In this document: one piece after another, positions 46,930 to 55,634 of the stretch | How the letters are laid out: the number at the start of each line of letters is the position of its first letter | Numbering within the stretch: position 1 is the first letter of the stretch | DNA from: Puniceicoccaceae bacterium | Lineage (GTDB): Bacteria; Verrucomicrobiota; Verrucomicrobiia; Opitutales; Oceanipulchritudinaceae | Reading direction: 5' to 3' | DNA: 64,000 nucleotides | NCBI GenBank assembly: GCA_040830765.1 | Contig: JBFOMH010000027.1 | Span: 37,273 to 101,272 of the forward strand | Translations under genes and position numbers: made by a program | Notes under the pieces: model-generated | What the model saw: the letters and a program-made list of their open reading frames with translations, nothing else | The model's database searches: none | What the model was told of the DNA's origin: nothing

Positions 46930-48180
46930 ATGAAATTCCGCGGTCGTTTTTTCTTTGTCCTCGGGACCTTTTCCTTGTCCCTGCTTTTGTATATTGACCG
47001 GACCTGTATCTCCGTTGCCAAGGACCCGATTGCCGCCAGCCTTGGCCTCAGCGACAACCAGATGGGCTGGATTCTTTCCGCCTTCGCTCTTGGTTATGCC
47101 CTTGCCCAGACACCGTCCGGCATGCTCGTTGACCGGTTCGGCGCTCGCCATGTCCTTGCTGGAGTAGTCACCTTCTGGTCAGTCTTTACCGCCCTCACGG
47201 GATTGGCCTGGAATTTTGTCAGCCTGATTACGGCCCGCTTTATTTTCGGGGTCGGTGAAGCCGGTGCCTTCCCGGGAATGGCCAGGGCAACCTTTTCCTG
47301 GATTCCCCTCCGGGAGCGGGGCCTGGTTACCGGAATCAATTTTTCCGGCTCCCGCCTGGGCGCAGCTTTTGCCATGCCCCTGATGGCATGGATGCTGACG
47401 GTCTTCGGCTGGCGGGCAACCTTCATCATCCTCGGGGTGGTGGGCATCTTCTGGGCCGTGGCATGGTATTTTCTCTTCCGGAATCTTCCGGAGGAACATC
47501 CCCGCATGTCCGAGGATGAGAAGGCCTATATCATCGAGCACCGGCAAAAGCTTGCCGAAGGCGCACCCCCGATGAAAGCCAGTCACGTCATGACCTCTGG
47601 AAACATGTGGGCTGCCATGCTGCAATACTTCTGCAGCAATTTCACCTTCTTCTTCTGCCTGACATGGCTTTTCCCGTATATCAAAAATCATTACGGACTG
47701 GGAGTCATTGAAGCCAGCTGGCTCACTACCGTACCCCTCATCGGTGGAGCCTGCGGAAACTGGTTCTCCGGCTGGCTGATCGATTTTATCTACCGGAGGG
47801 GCCACTGGACCCTTTCCCGTCGTCTGACAGCGATCACAGGGTTTGCGCTGGCCGCGATCGGGCTCATCGGCAGCCTGCAGATGGATACGGCAATCGGAGC
47901 GGTCCTGCTTCTGACCATTGCCATATTTGGCGCGGACATGACCCTGAGCCCATCCTGGTCTTTCTGTGTCGACATCGGGGGCAAGCATGCCGGGGCCATT
48001 TCGGGCACCATGAACATGGCCGGTAATATCGGGGCCTTTGTCACCTCCCTGGCCTTTCCCTACCTCAACACCTGGTTTGGCAGCACGGAGCCCTTCTTCT
48101 ACATCGGGGCCGGGCTCAATGTCGTCGCCATTACCATGTGGCTCTATATGAACCCGCAAAAACCGCTTGGTGGGAGTTAA
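46930..48180 (+). CDS. MFS transporter, ACS family (acid-sugar/glucarate-like)
   Basis: YIDRTCISVA, DRFGAR, GEAGAFP, WIPLRERG, FGWR, SGTMNMAGN. Confidence 0.9.
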   Translation: MKFRGRFFFVLGTFSLSLLLYIDRTCISVAKDPIAASLGLSDNQMGWILSAFALGYALAQTPSGMLVDRFGARHVLAGVVTFWSVFTALTGLAWNFVSLITARFIFGVGEAGAFPGMARATFSWIPLRERGLVTGINFSGSRLGAAFAMPLMAWMLTVFGWRATFIILGVVGIFWAVAWYFLFRNLPEEHPRMSEDEKAYIIEHRQKLAEGAPPMKASHVMTSGNMWAAMLQYFCSNFTFFFCLTWLFPYIKNHYGLGVIEASWLTTVPLIGGACGNWFSGWLIDFIYRRGHWTLSRRLTAITGFALAAIGLIGSLQMDTAIGAVLLLTIAIFGADMTLSPSWSFCVDIGGKHAGAISGTMNMAGNIGAFVTSLAFPYLNTWFGSTEPFFYIGAGLNVVAITMWLYMNPQKPLGGS

Positions 48181-48222
48181 AACAAAGGAGTAGGAGAGGC
48201 CCCGACTGGTGTCCCCCCTTGC

Positions 48223-49512
48223 CTACAAGGCCGTGTGCCTTTGAATATAGTCTGGATCGATAGCCACCCCCAGGCCAAATCCTGAGGGAACCTTGATCGA
48301 ACCTGCAATTGATTCGAAGGGCCCTGCCGTGCTTTCAACCGGGATGGGGGTTCCATTGGCATCCTTGGTGGCGAACATCTTGAATTCGTGATAGTCGTAG
48401 GCGGCCGGGCAGACGGAGACCATCTGCAGCATGTAGACAAATCCCAGCCCGCCGCCTGAAATGTGCGGAGTGATCCTCAGTCCGGCAGCCGCGGCCATCC
48501 GGGCGACTTTCATCGTCCGGATCATGCCGCCGAAGTAAAAGAGGTCGGGTTGCAGGATCTGGAATACCCGGTTCCCGGCAAAAAACCGAAACAAGTGCAT
48601 GCTGAATTCTTCTTCACCACCCGCCATTGGGATGTCCAATGACCGTTCGACTAGTTTCTGTTCCTCGTACCAGTTCCATGGAACCGGCTCCTCGTAGAAA
48701 GCGTAGTTGTATTCCTCCAGCAGGCGGCCAATACGAATAGCCTCTTGGACCGAATAGGATCCATTTCCATCAATCATCAGCACCATGCCATCGCCAAAGA
48801 CTTCACGGGCCATGCGGATCAGCTTTTCGGTGCGGCCCGGGGCATTGTCCTTATCCAGACCCATCTGATCGCCACTTCCGGCCCTTAACTTGATCGCCCG
48901 GGCACTGGTTTCCTCGGCGTCGCGGCGCATCAACTCAAGGGATTCTTCCGGTTCCAGTTTTCTCAGGTTGCTATAGTGATGCCCCAGGTAGATCGCCACT
49001 TCCGAATTAATCACATCGCCAAGCAAGCGACCGGCCGGCAGATGGGCGATTTTACCCAGCATGTCGAGGATGGCAAACTCCAGTGTGGCCAACTGAACAC
49101 AGAGAGGCACTCCCTGGTTTTTGACCAGCCGTTCAGCAGCCAGTTCCACCAGTTGGTCGAGGTCCCTTGCATCCTGGTTGAGGAAACGCGGAGCAAGCAA
49201 GTTCACGAACATGGGATAGCTTTGCTTCGAGATGAACGGGTGACCGATGGAAATGCCTTCGGCCCCGTCCTTTGAGCGCACCCGGCAAATGAAGTTGTTG
49301 CGGTCCCGTAGCAACTCCACGGAATCGATGGTGACGGGATTTGGGAACAGCCCCCTTCGCAGGACAGGTTGCTTGAGGATCGCATCCAGAGTTTTGTAAT
49401 TGGTTACCGGTTCGTGGGAGTGGCCCCTTAAGCCCGTGCTCGCTTCGGTCGTGCCAGTTGCCAATCCTAGGATGGCAGTGGACTTGAGAAAGGCGCGGCG
49501 ATTCGTCTTCAT
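48223..49512 (-). CDS. Mandelate racemase/muconate lactonizing (enolase superfamily) enzyme with a Tat signal
   Basis: NRRAFLK; AIKLR, LMIDGN, FYEEP, AGGEEE, LQPD, TPH. Confidence 0.85.
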   Translation of the reverse strand: MKTNRRAFLKSTAILGLATGTTEASTGLRGHSHEPVTNYKTLDAILKQPVLRRGLFPNPVTIDSVELLRDRNNFICRVRSKDGAEGISIGHPFISKQSYPMFVNLLAPRFLNQDARDLDQLVELAAERLVKNQGVPLCVQLATLEFAILDMLGKIAHLPAGRLLGDVINSEVAIYLGHHYSNLRKLEPEESLELMRRDAEETSARAIKLRAGSGDQMGLDKDNAPGRTEKLIRMAREVFGDGMVLMIDGNGSYSVQEAIRIGRLLEEYNYAFYEEPVPWNWYEEQKLVERSLDIPMAGGEEEFSMHLFRFFAGNRVFQILQPDLFYFGGMIRTMKVARMAAAAGLRITPHISGGGLGFVYMLQMVSVCPAAYDYHEFKMFATKDANGTPIPVESTAGPFESIAGSIKVPSGFGLGVAIDPDYIQRHTAL

Positions 49513-49680
49513 GGGAACTGATTCTTGTGGAACTGACGGTACCCTGCAATGATTGAATGGCGGCGACTTGTCCGGTTTCCTCGATGACAGCTTTCTATTT
49601 ATTGACGGGTCTTGTCCGGAGCCTGATAGTGAAGTCTATACTTGCAGCCACATGAACCGCCCCGAAAAGGATAGAAACCG

Positions 49681-50580
49681 ATGAACCGTTTGCTCGGGAT
49701 TGACATTGGCGGGACCAAGTGTGCCGTCTGCCTGGGCTCCGTGGGGGCTCAGGTTCTCGGTCGCAGGGAAATTCCTACAGGTGGAAATCCGGAGAAGGTC
49801 CTTGACCAACTGGCCGCCATGGGCAGGGAACTCGCCGGGGAATTTGCCCCTCCGCAATCTGTGGGAATAGTCTGCGGAAACCCGATGGACGCTAAACGCG
49901 GTTTGATCCTGTCTCCACCCAACCTGCCGGGTTGGGATGCGGTGCCAGTGGTGGAGTATTTCCGGAACCATTTTAATTTGCCCGTCCGCCTGATGAACGA
50001 TGCCAATGCGGGAGCACTGGCCGAATGGCAGTACGGCGCGGGGCAGGGGACCCGGAACCTGGTTTTCTGCACCATGGGGACCGGGTTCGGTTGCGGCCTC
50101 ATTCTCGACGGCCGACTCTACGAGGGAACCAATGGCAACGCCGGGGAAATTGGGCATGTCCGCCTGACCCCGGACGGGCCGGAGGGCTACGGCAAGGCCG
50201 GTTCCGTGGAGGGCTGGTGCAGCGGGGGCGGGATTGCCCGTTTGACCAAGACACACCAGACCACAAAAGCACTCGCTGAGGCGGCGAAGGCGGGCGACAA
50301 GGAAGCAATAGCCATTTTTGAGACAGTCGGTGAACGCCTCGGAATGGCACTTTCCATGACAGTCGATCTGTTCAATCCCGAAGTTATCGTCATCGGGAGT
50401 ATTTTTGTCCGCTGTGAGGAGTTGCTTCGGCCGGCCATGGAAAGGGTGATGCAGCGGGAGTGTTTGCCATCCGCCCTGGAAGCCTGCCGGGTCGTGCCAG
50501 CCGCACTTGGTGAGGCAATCGGGGACAAGGCCGCCCTGGCGGTGGCTAATCTGGCATTGGAGGAATCATGCAAAAAATAA
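49681..50580 (+). CDS. ROK-family sugar kinase
   Basis: GIDIGGTK, PPNLPGW, NDANAGALAE, GTGFGCG, GEIGH. Confidence 0.9.
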   Translation: MNRLLGIDIGGTKCAVCLGSVGAQVLGRREIPTGGNPEKVLDQLAAMGRELAGEFAPPQSVGIVCGNPMDAKRGLILSPPNLPGWDAVPVVEYFRNHFNLPVRLMNDANAGALAEWQYGAGQGTRNLVFCTMGTGFGCGLILDGRLYEGTNGNAGEIGHVRLTPDGPEGYGKAGSVEGWCSGGGIARLTKTHQTTKALAEAAKAGDKEAIAIFETVGERLGMALSMTVDLFNPEVIVIGSIFVRCEELLRPAMERVMQRECLPSALEACRVVPAALGEAIGDKAALAVANLALEESCKK

Positions 50581-51185
50581 TTGAAGAGCTTGTGCAGCGC
50601 TATCCCTCCCTGGAGGCATGTGTTGAGGATATCACTACAGCATTTGACCTACTGGCTGGTTGCTACGATCAGGACGGTATTGTCTACCTCTGTGGAAACG
50701 GGGGCAGTGCCGCCGATGCGGCGCACATTGTTGGTGAGCTGATGAAGGCATTTGACCAGAAGCGGCCGTTGCCGGATGAGGCCAGGGAAGCCTTGAACGA
50801 TTCCTATCTGGCCGACCACTTGGAAGGTTCACTACGGGCGATCGATCTTTCCGCCCATACCAGCCTGGTCACGGCCATTGCCAATGATACCGATCCCAAC
50901 CTGATCTTTGCCCAGCAGATTCATGGTTACGGTCGGGCCGGGGATGTTCTCTGGGCCATTAGCACCTCCGGCAATGCCAAAAATGTTAATTATGCCCTCA
51001 AGGCGGCCCGCGCAAGGGGGCTCAAGTGCCTTGGGATGACCGCCCATGATGGTGGCGCAATGAAGGCCCTCTGCGATGTCTGCATTCGGGTCCCGGAAAC
51101 CGAGACCTTCAAGGCCCAGGAACTGCACTTGCCCGTCTATCACGCCATTTGCCGAATGCTAGAGGCGCGGTTCTGGGACTCATGA
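50568..51185 (+). CDS. SIS-domain phosphosugar isomerase (GmhA-like)
   Basis: CGNGGSAADAAH, TAIAND, FAQQ, ISTSGN, QELHL. Confidence 0.88.
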   Translation: MQKIIEELVQRYPSLEACVEDITTAFDLLAGCYDQDGIVYLCGNGGSAADAAHIVGELMKAFDQKRPLPDEAREALNDSYLADHLEGSLRAIDLSAHTSLVTAIANDTDPNLIFAQQIHGYGRAGDVLWAISTSGNAKNVNYALKAARARGLKCLGMTAHDGGAMKALCDVCIRVPETETFKAQELHLPVYHAICRMLEARFWDS

Positions 51186-51202
51186 GGACAGGAGTCGTTT
51201 AT

Positions 51203-51445
51203 TTAAAATGCGTTGCCCGAGTGGGATTTCAGGTAGCTCTCAAATGCAAGGGCTAATTCTTTGCTTCTGAAACGAATCACCGTTTCCATTTCCCATGGCC
51301 GAAACCGACGCGTATATTTAGAGTTGCCGCTATTGTGACCATCAAGACGGGACGAAAGGTTGGTGGTATAACCAATGTAGGTTTTCTTTGGGAAAGGGAT
51401 ACTGCGGAGGATATAGACGTAGTAGTATGGGTATGTTTTAGGCAC
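51203..51445 (-). CDS. Small GIY-YIG nuclease (SLX1/UPF0213-like), C-terminus possibly clipped by a 1-nt deletion
   Basis: YYVYIL..TYIGYT.NL..RL..HNSG..KYT..RPW..A..FE.YLKS.SG. GTG start inferred. Confidence 0.85.
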   Translation of the reverse strand: MPKTYPYYYVYILRSIPFPKKTYIGYTTNLSSRLDGHNSGNSKYTRRFRPWEMETVIRFRSKELALAFESYLKSHSGNAF

Positions 51446-51521
51446 TCCTGAGACTGTGGGGTTTGAGGAGAATACCGCGAATAACGGGATTACCCAATTT
51501 TGCGGTTGCTGCGCTCTCTCT

Positions 51522-51698
51522 TGCATGGCTGCGCCAACCCCGCTTCGCCCTAATCTCCAGGCTCCACAGCGTTTCGCCTGACAAGCTCTCCTGCATGGCT
51601 GCGCCAACCCCGCTTCGCCCTGCGGGCTTCGCGGGGCATGCTTCGTTCTAATCTCACTTCTGCATGGCTGCGCCATGCGAAGTTCGAAGAACGAAGCA
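51522..51698. repeat. Structured direct repeats between the tRNA-Pro-like gene and the GIY-YIG gene
   Basis: TGCATGGCTGCGCCAACCCCGCTTCGCCCT at 51522 and 51592, and its 15-nt core at 51661 (spacing 70 and 69 nt); several CTTCG/CGAAG hairpin elements. Confidence 0.85.
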
Positions 51699-51775
51699 TG
51701 GTCGGGCTGACTGGATTCGAACCGGCGACCCCTTGCACCCAATGCAAGGGCGCTACCAGACGGCGCCCCAGCCCG
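51699..51775 (-). tRNA. tRNA-Pro-like gene (anticodon TGG), atypical or possibly pseudo
   Basis: CGGGCTG-GG-GCGC-CGTCTGGTA-GCGC-C-CTTGC-ATTGGGT-GCAAG-GGGTC-GCCGG-TTCGAAT-CCAGT-CAGCCCG-A-CCA. C1:G72/A73 Pro identity, but G8, C14 and a T-stem mismatch. Confidence 0.8.
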
Positions 51776-52023
51776 CCATAAAGGGAACATAAAGAAGGGA
51801 AGGAGGGGCAGGGGTCAAGGCAATCCTGAATTTGTCTTCAGTGGGGGGTGGATTGGTGTTTCCGTGCTTAATTCAGGTATTAGTAAAGTATGACTGGACA
51901 GCTGTTCCGGTATTCGTGATTCTAATAGCGCTCCCAAGCAGGGCGGGCATTAAAACCCCGGATGCCTCCGTTCTATAGACAGCGACAATACCCCTATTAA
52001 TCGTATCGCAAGGCGCGTTGACG

Positions 52024-53697
52024 ATGACAGCTCAAACCCCAGATCCGCATGGCGACGACCTTCGGGCCGTTGTCATTGATTTGTCGGAACGCCTGAAAGC
52101 CGTGGAGGCCAGGTTGGGCATCGCCAGCCAGGCAGTGGTAACCCGGGAGCCATCACCGGCAGAGTCGGAAGTCGTGGAAGCCTCTGCCCGCGAGCAGCAG
52201 GATTCGCTGGAATTCGAGGTGGGACAGAACTGGTTCGCCCTGATTGGGATTGTCGTGCTGGCGATCGGGATGGCCTTCCTGTTGTCACTGCCATTTGCCG
52301 GTCTGCCGGCGGTCCTTCCCTCGGTTGCGGGGTATGCCATTTGTGGCATCATGCTGTTGCTGGCGCGCTTTTCCCAACGGTCGTTCGAGACCCTCTCGAA
52401 GTATCTCCGGGGAGCGAGCATGCTGTTGCTCTTCTTTGCCACCCTGAGACTGTTCTACTTCGGCGAGACATTGGCCCTGCAGACCGAGTCGCTGGTTGGC
52501 CGGGCCATCTTCATTGCCGTATTGGCATTAAACCTGACCCTGGCCTGGCGACGGGATTCCCAACCGCTCTTCTTTATTGCTATGCTGACCGGCTATGCCA
52601 CGGCCGTGGCAGTGGACTCGACGGGATTCCTGCTCGGGCTAGTGACGGTGCTCGCCTTCCTCGTGGTCTATGTGCGGATAAAGCGCCAGTGGCGCAACCT
52701 GGCCCCCTTGGGATTTGTCCTTTCCATGGCCACCTATGCCATCTGGGCGGTGGGCAATCCGGTTGTGGGGAATACAGCGGCCATTCAGCGGGAAGCGCAA
52801 CTGGCGGTGTACTTTATTCCCCTGTGGATGGCTGTCTTTTCAGCAGGAACCCTTCTACGCGAGAATCTGGAGAAGGAGCATACCAATGTCCAGGTAACCG
52901 GCCTGTTGGTCTGTGGAATGGGCTTCGGGGTGTTTTTCCTGCACAACCTGATCGCCTTTGACACAACCTTCATCGTTTCCCATCTGCTGGCTTCCGCGGT
53001 GTTGCTGGTATTGGCGGTAGCGTTTTGGAAACGCGAACAGAGCTGGTTCTCGACCTTCATTTACGCCATGACCGGCTACATGGCCCTCAGCTTTGCCTTG
53101 ATGAAGGCCTTCGCCGTGCCGGAGGTGTTTGTCGCCCTTTCCCTGCAGAGCCTGGTGGTCATCGCCACCGCTATCTATTTCCGGTCACCGTTCATCATTG
53201 TGACGAACTGCCTGATTTTCATCGGTATCATAGTAGGCTATGTTGTCGTGGCGGAGGCGGAGCAAGGGATGAGTATCGGTTTCGGTATCGTGGCCCTGGT
53301 CAGTGCACGGGTTCTCAACTGGCAGCAGGAACGCCTCAGCCTGAAGACGGACCTGATGCGCAATGCCTACCTGGCGATTGCCTTCGTAGTCTTTCCCTAT
53401 GCTCTATACTATCTGGTTCCGGCAGCCTTTGTCGCCGTTTCGTGGGTAGGTATTGCGCTTTTCTACTACGGCATGAATCTGATCATGCGGAACCGGAAGT
53501 ACCGCTGGATGGGACACATGACTTTGATCCTGACAGCGCTCTACGTATTGATCATCGGGACCAGTCAGCTGGAAAGTCATTACCGGATCATTACATTCTT
53601 CGTGCTCGGTACCATCATGCTAGTGGTCTCACTGGCCTTCACGATGGTTCGGGGAAGGCGACAGCAAAACCAGGAAACAGGGGAGTCTGGCGAATGA
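52024..53697 (+). CDS. Multi-pass membrane protein (DUF2339-like)
   Basis: RLKAVEARLG N-terminus, LEFEVGQNWFALIGIVVLAIG, many hydrophobic helices, YRIITFFVLG near the C-terminus. Confidence 0.75.
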   Translation: MTAQTPDPHGDDLRAVVIDLSERLKAVEARLGIASQAVVTREPSPAESEVVEASAREQQDSLEFEVGQNWFALIGIVVLAIGMAFLLSLPFAGLPAVLPSVAGYAICGIMLLLARFSQRSFETLSKYLRGASMLLLFFATLRLFYFGETLALQTESLVGRAIFIAVLALNLTLAWRRDSQPLFFIAMLTGYATAVAVDSTGFLLGLVTVLAFLVVYVRIKRQWRNLAPLGFVLSMATYAIWAVGNPVVGNTAAIQREAQLAVYFIPLWMAVFSAGTLLRENLEKEHTNVQVTGLLVCGMGFGVFFLHNLIAFDTTFIVSHLLASAVLLVLAVAFWKREQSWFSTFIYAMTGYMALSFALMKAFAVPEVFVALSLQSLVVIATAIYFRSPFIIVTNCLIFIGIIVGYVVVAEAEQGMSIGFGIVALVSARVLNWQQERLSLKTDLMRNAYLAIAFVVFPYALYYLVPAAFVAVSWVGIALFYYGMNLIMRNRKYRWMGHMTLILTALYVLIIGTSQLESHYRIITFFVLGTIMLVVSLAFTMVRGRRQQNQETGESGE

Positions 53698-53729
53698 TGG
53701 GGTCGATAACCTTATGGGATGCGGCCAGG

Positions 53730-54071
53730 CTATTCCGCAGCCAGCGAACGCAGGTAAGCGACAACGGCGTCCACTTCCTCCTCGGAAAGCTTCTTTCCAA
53801 AGGCCAGCATGACCTTCTTGCCGCTTTCATTCTTAACCCCGTCGATAACAGCGGCCTTGATGTCCGCGTCCGACCATTCCGCCTGCACCGCGGGATCGGT
53901 GTAATCCCGAATCTCAAAGCGCTTGCCCATGGCGGTCTGGCCCGTGCCATCCTCGCCGTGGCATTTCTTGCAGTACTTCATCCAGACTTCCTCGCCGGTG
54001 GAACCGGAAACGACGAAGGGGAGGGCGATGAGGGAGATGGCTGCGATAATGGGGATAAGCTGTTTCTTCAT
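53730..54071 (-). CDS. Monoheme class I cytochrome c
   Basis: Signal peptide; CKKCHGEDG; distal Met in MLAFGKKLSEEEVDAVVAYLR. Confidence 0.92.
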   Translation of the reverse strand: MKKQLIPIIAAISLIALPFVVSGSTGEEVWMKYCKKCHGEDGTGQTAMGKRFEIRDYTDPAVQAEWSDADIKAAVIDGVKNESGKKVMLAFGKKLSEEEVDAVVAYLRSLAAE

Positions 54072-54172
54072 GCCTTCAGGGTGCCTTCAGCAGCTAAAAG
54101 TGTCAACGACTTTGCTGGTTCTGGAAACGCCGGGAACCACCTTCTCAATTGCAACCATTTCTCCTTATCGAC

Positions 54173-54709
54173 ATGAAGATGCGAACCAACCTGATTCTAT
54201 TCTACACCATGGTCGCGGCCACGGTGGGCCTTGTCAGTTCCCTCGACATACCAGAAACGACCGATTCCGGGAGCGGGAATAATCCCGAGGAACTGATCGC
54301 GGTGGCACCCCCTCCGTTTTCCGAGGGCGTATTCCCCTGTTCCGATTGCCACTTCGAGGATGATGAAGTGGACCTGGACCCGCATGAGGTGGATTTCCAC
54401 GACACCGTCCACTTTGACCATGCCTCGGATAGTCGCTGGTGCCTTGACTGCCATGACGCCCAGAATCGGGACATGCTGCACCTCGCCGACGGTCGCCTGA
54501 TCCCCTTTGAGGAATCCTACCGGCTCTGCGGCCAATGCCATGCCCAGCAGAGGCGCGACTGGGAAGCTGGTGACCACGGGCGCCGCACGGGCGAATGGTC
54601 CGGAACCAAGCAATACCTCCTTTGCGCCCATTGTCATGATCCGCACAGCCCGGCTTTTGAATCCCTCACGCCATTACCACCCCCTATCCGACAGGAGAAT
54701 ATCAAATGA
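54173..54709 (+). CDS. Tetraheme cytochrome c
   Basis: Four CxxCH motifs: CSDCH, CLDCH, CGQCH, CAHCH; N-terminal hydrophobic segment. Confidence 0.9.
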   Translation: MKMRTNLILFYTMVAATVGLVSSLDIPETTDSGSGNNPEELIAVAPPPFSEGVFPCSDCHFEDDEVDLDPHEVDFHDTVHFDHASDSRWCLDCHDAQNRDMLHLADGRLIPFEESYRLCGQCHAQQRRDWEAGDHGRRTGEWSGTKQYLLCAHCHDPHSPAFESLTPLPPPIRQENIK

Positions 54710-55620
54710 GCACCGAGAATCATGCAGATTGCCAGACCGTCAACCGGCGGGAAGTCATCAAGACCCTCTTCACCCTTGCGGCAGCTTACACAGCCACTGG
54801 CTGCAAGCGGGAAGCCGATTCGTTGAGCACCTTCTTCCATACCCACTTTCAGGAGATGTCACCGGAGAAACTGGCCTCCACTTTGGAGGGCTGGGAACGG
54901 CGCTACAAAAAACGCTACAACCGTGACGTGGCAGTGAATGCCACTCCGGCACAGGAAGGCGTCCTCTTCGGGTACGCGCTGGATGTCTCCCGTTGTATTG
55001 GCTGCCGAAAGTGCGTCTATGCTTGTGTTGAAGAGAACAACCAGTCCCGCGATCCCCAGGTCCACTGGATTACTGTCCTTGAGATGGATAACAAGCACGG
55101 GATCGATCTGCGCCATGCGGATGCCTACTATGATGCTGAGAAGGTTCCGCGGGAGGACAAGTTCTACTTCCCGGTGCAATGCCAGCAGTGTGAGAATCCA
55201 GCCTGCGTCAAGAGCTGCCCGGTCAAGGCGACTTGGAAGGATTCGGACGGTATCGTCGTTGTTGATTACGAATGGTGTGTCGGGTGCCGCTGCTGCGTGA
55301 CCGCCTGTCCCTACGGGGCCCGGAGCTTCAACTGGGCCCGCCCGAACGTGCCGGCCGAGGAAATCAATCCCGTCACGGAGTACCTTGGCAACCGGCCCCG
55401 GCCACAAGGGGTGGTCGAGAAGTGCACCTTCTGCATGCAGCGCTCGCGTAACGGCAAGTATCCTGCCTGCGTCGAGGTCTGTCCGGTGGGAGCCCGCAAG
55501 TTTGGCAACCTTTTGGACCCTGAGAGCGAAATCAATTACGTCCTCAAGAACCACCGCATCTTCATTCTTAAAGAGGAACTGAATACCCAGCCTAAGTTCT
55601 TCTATTACTTCTCAATCTGA
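54706..55620 (+). CDS. NrfC/DsrO-type 4Fe-4S protein with a twin-arginine-like N-terminus
   Basis: NRREVIK; CIGCRKCVYAC, CQQCENPACVKSCP, CVGCRCCVTACP, KCTFC..PACVEVCP. Confidence 0.92.
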   Translation: MSTENHADCQTVNRREVIKTLFTLAAAYTATGCKREADSLSTFFHTHFQEMSPEKLASTLEGWERRYKKRYNRDVAVNATPAQEGVLFGYALDVSRCIGCRKCVYACVEENNQSRDPQVHWITVLEMDNKHGIDLRHADAYYDAEKVPREDKFYFPVQCQQCENPACVKSCPVKATWKDSDGIVVVDYEWCVGCRCCVTACPYGARSFNWARPNVPAEEINPVTEYLGNRPRPQGVVEKCTFCMQRSRNGKYPACVEVCPVGARKFGNLLDPESEINYVLKNHRIFILKEELNTQPKFFYYFSI

Positions 55621-55634
55621 AAATACGACTTCCC

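Noticed and set aside
51522..51675. CRISPR array interpretation of the 30-nt repeats with about 40-nt gaps
   Set aside because: Only two full copies and one partial copy; the intervening sequence itself contains repeat-related hairpins; no leader or cas genes.
51446..51790. N-terminal 114 aa of the 195-aa ORF 51203..51790
   Set aside because: It reads through the tRNA and the repeats; only the C-terminal 80 aa have GIY-YIG motifs.
53025..54176. 383-aa plus-strand ORF
   Set aside because: Alternative frame of the DUF2339 gene and antisense to cytochrome c; Arg/Pro-rich with no recognisable motif.
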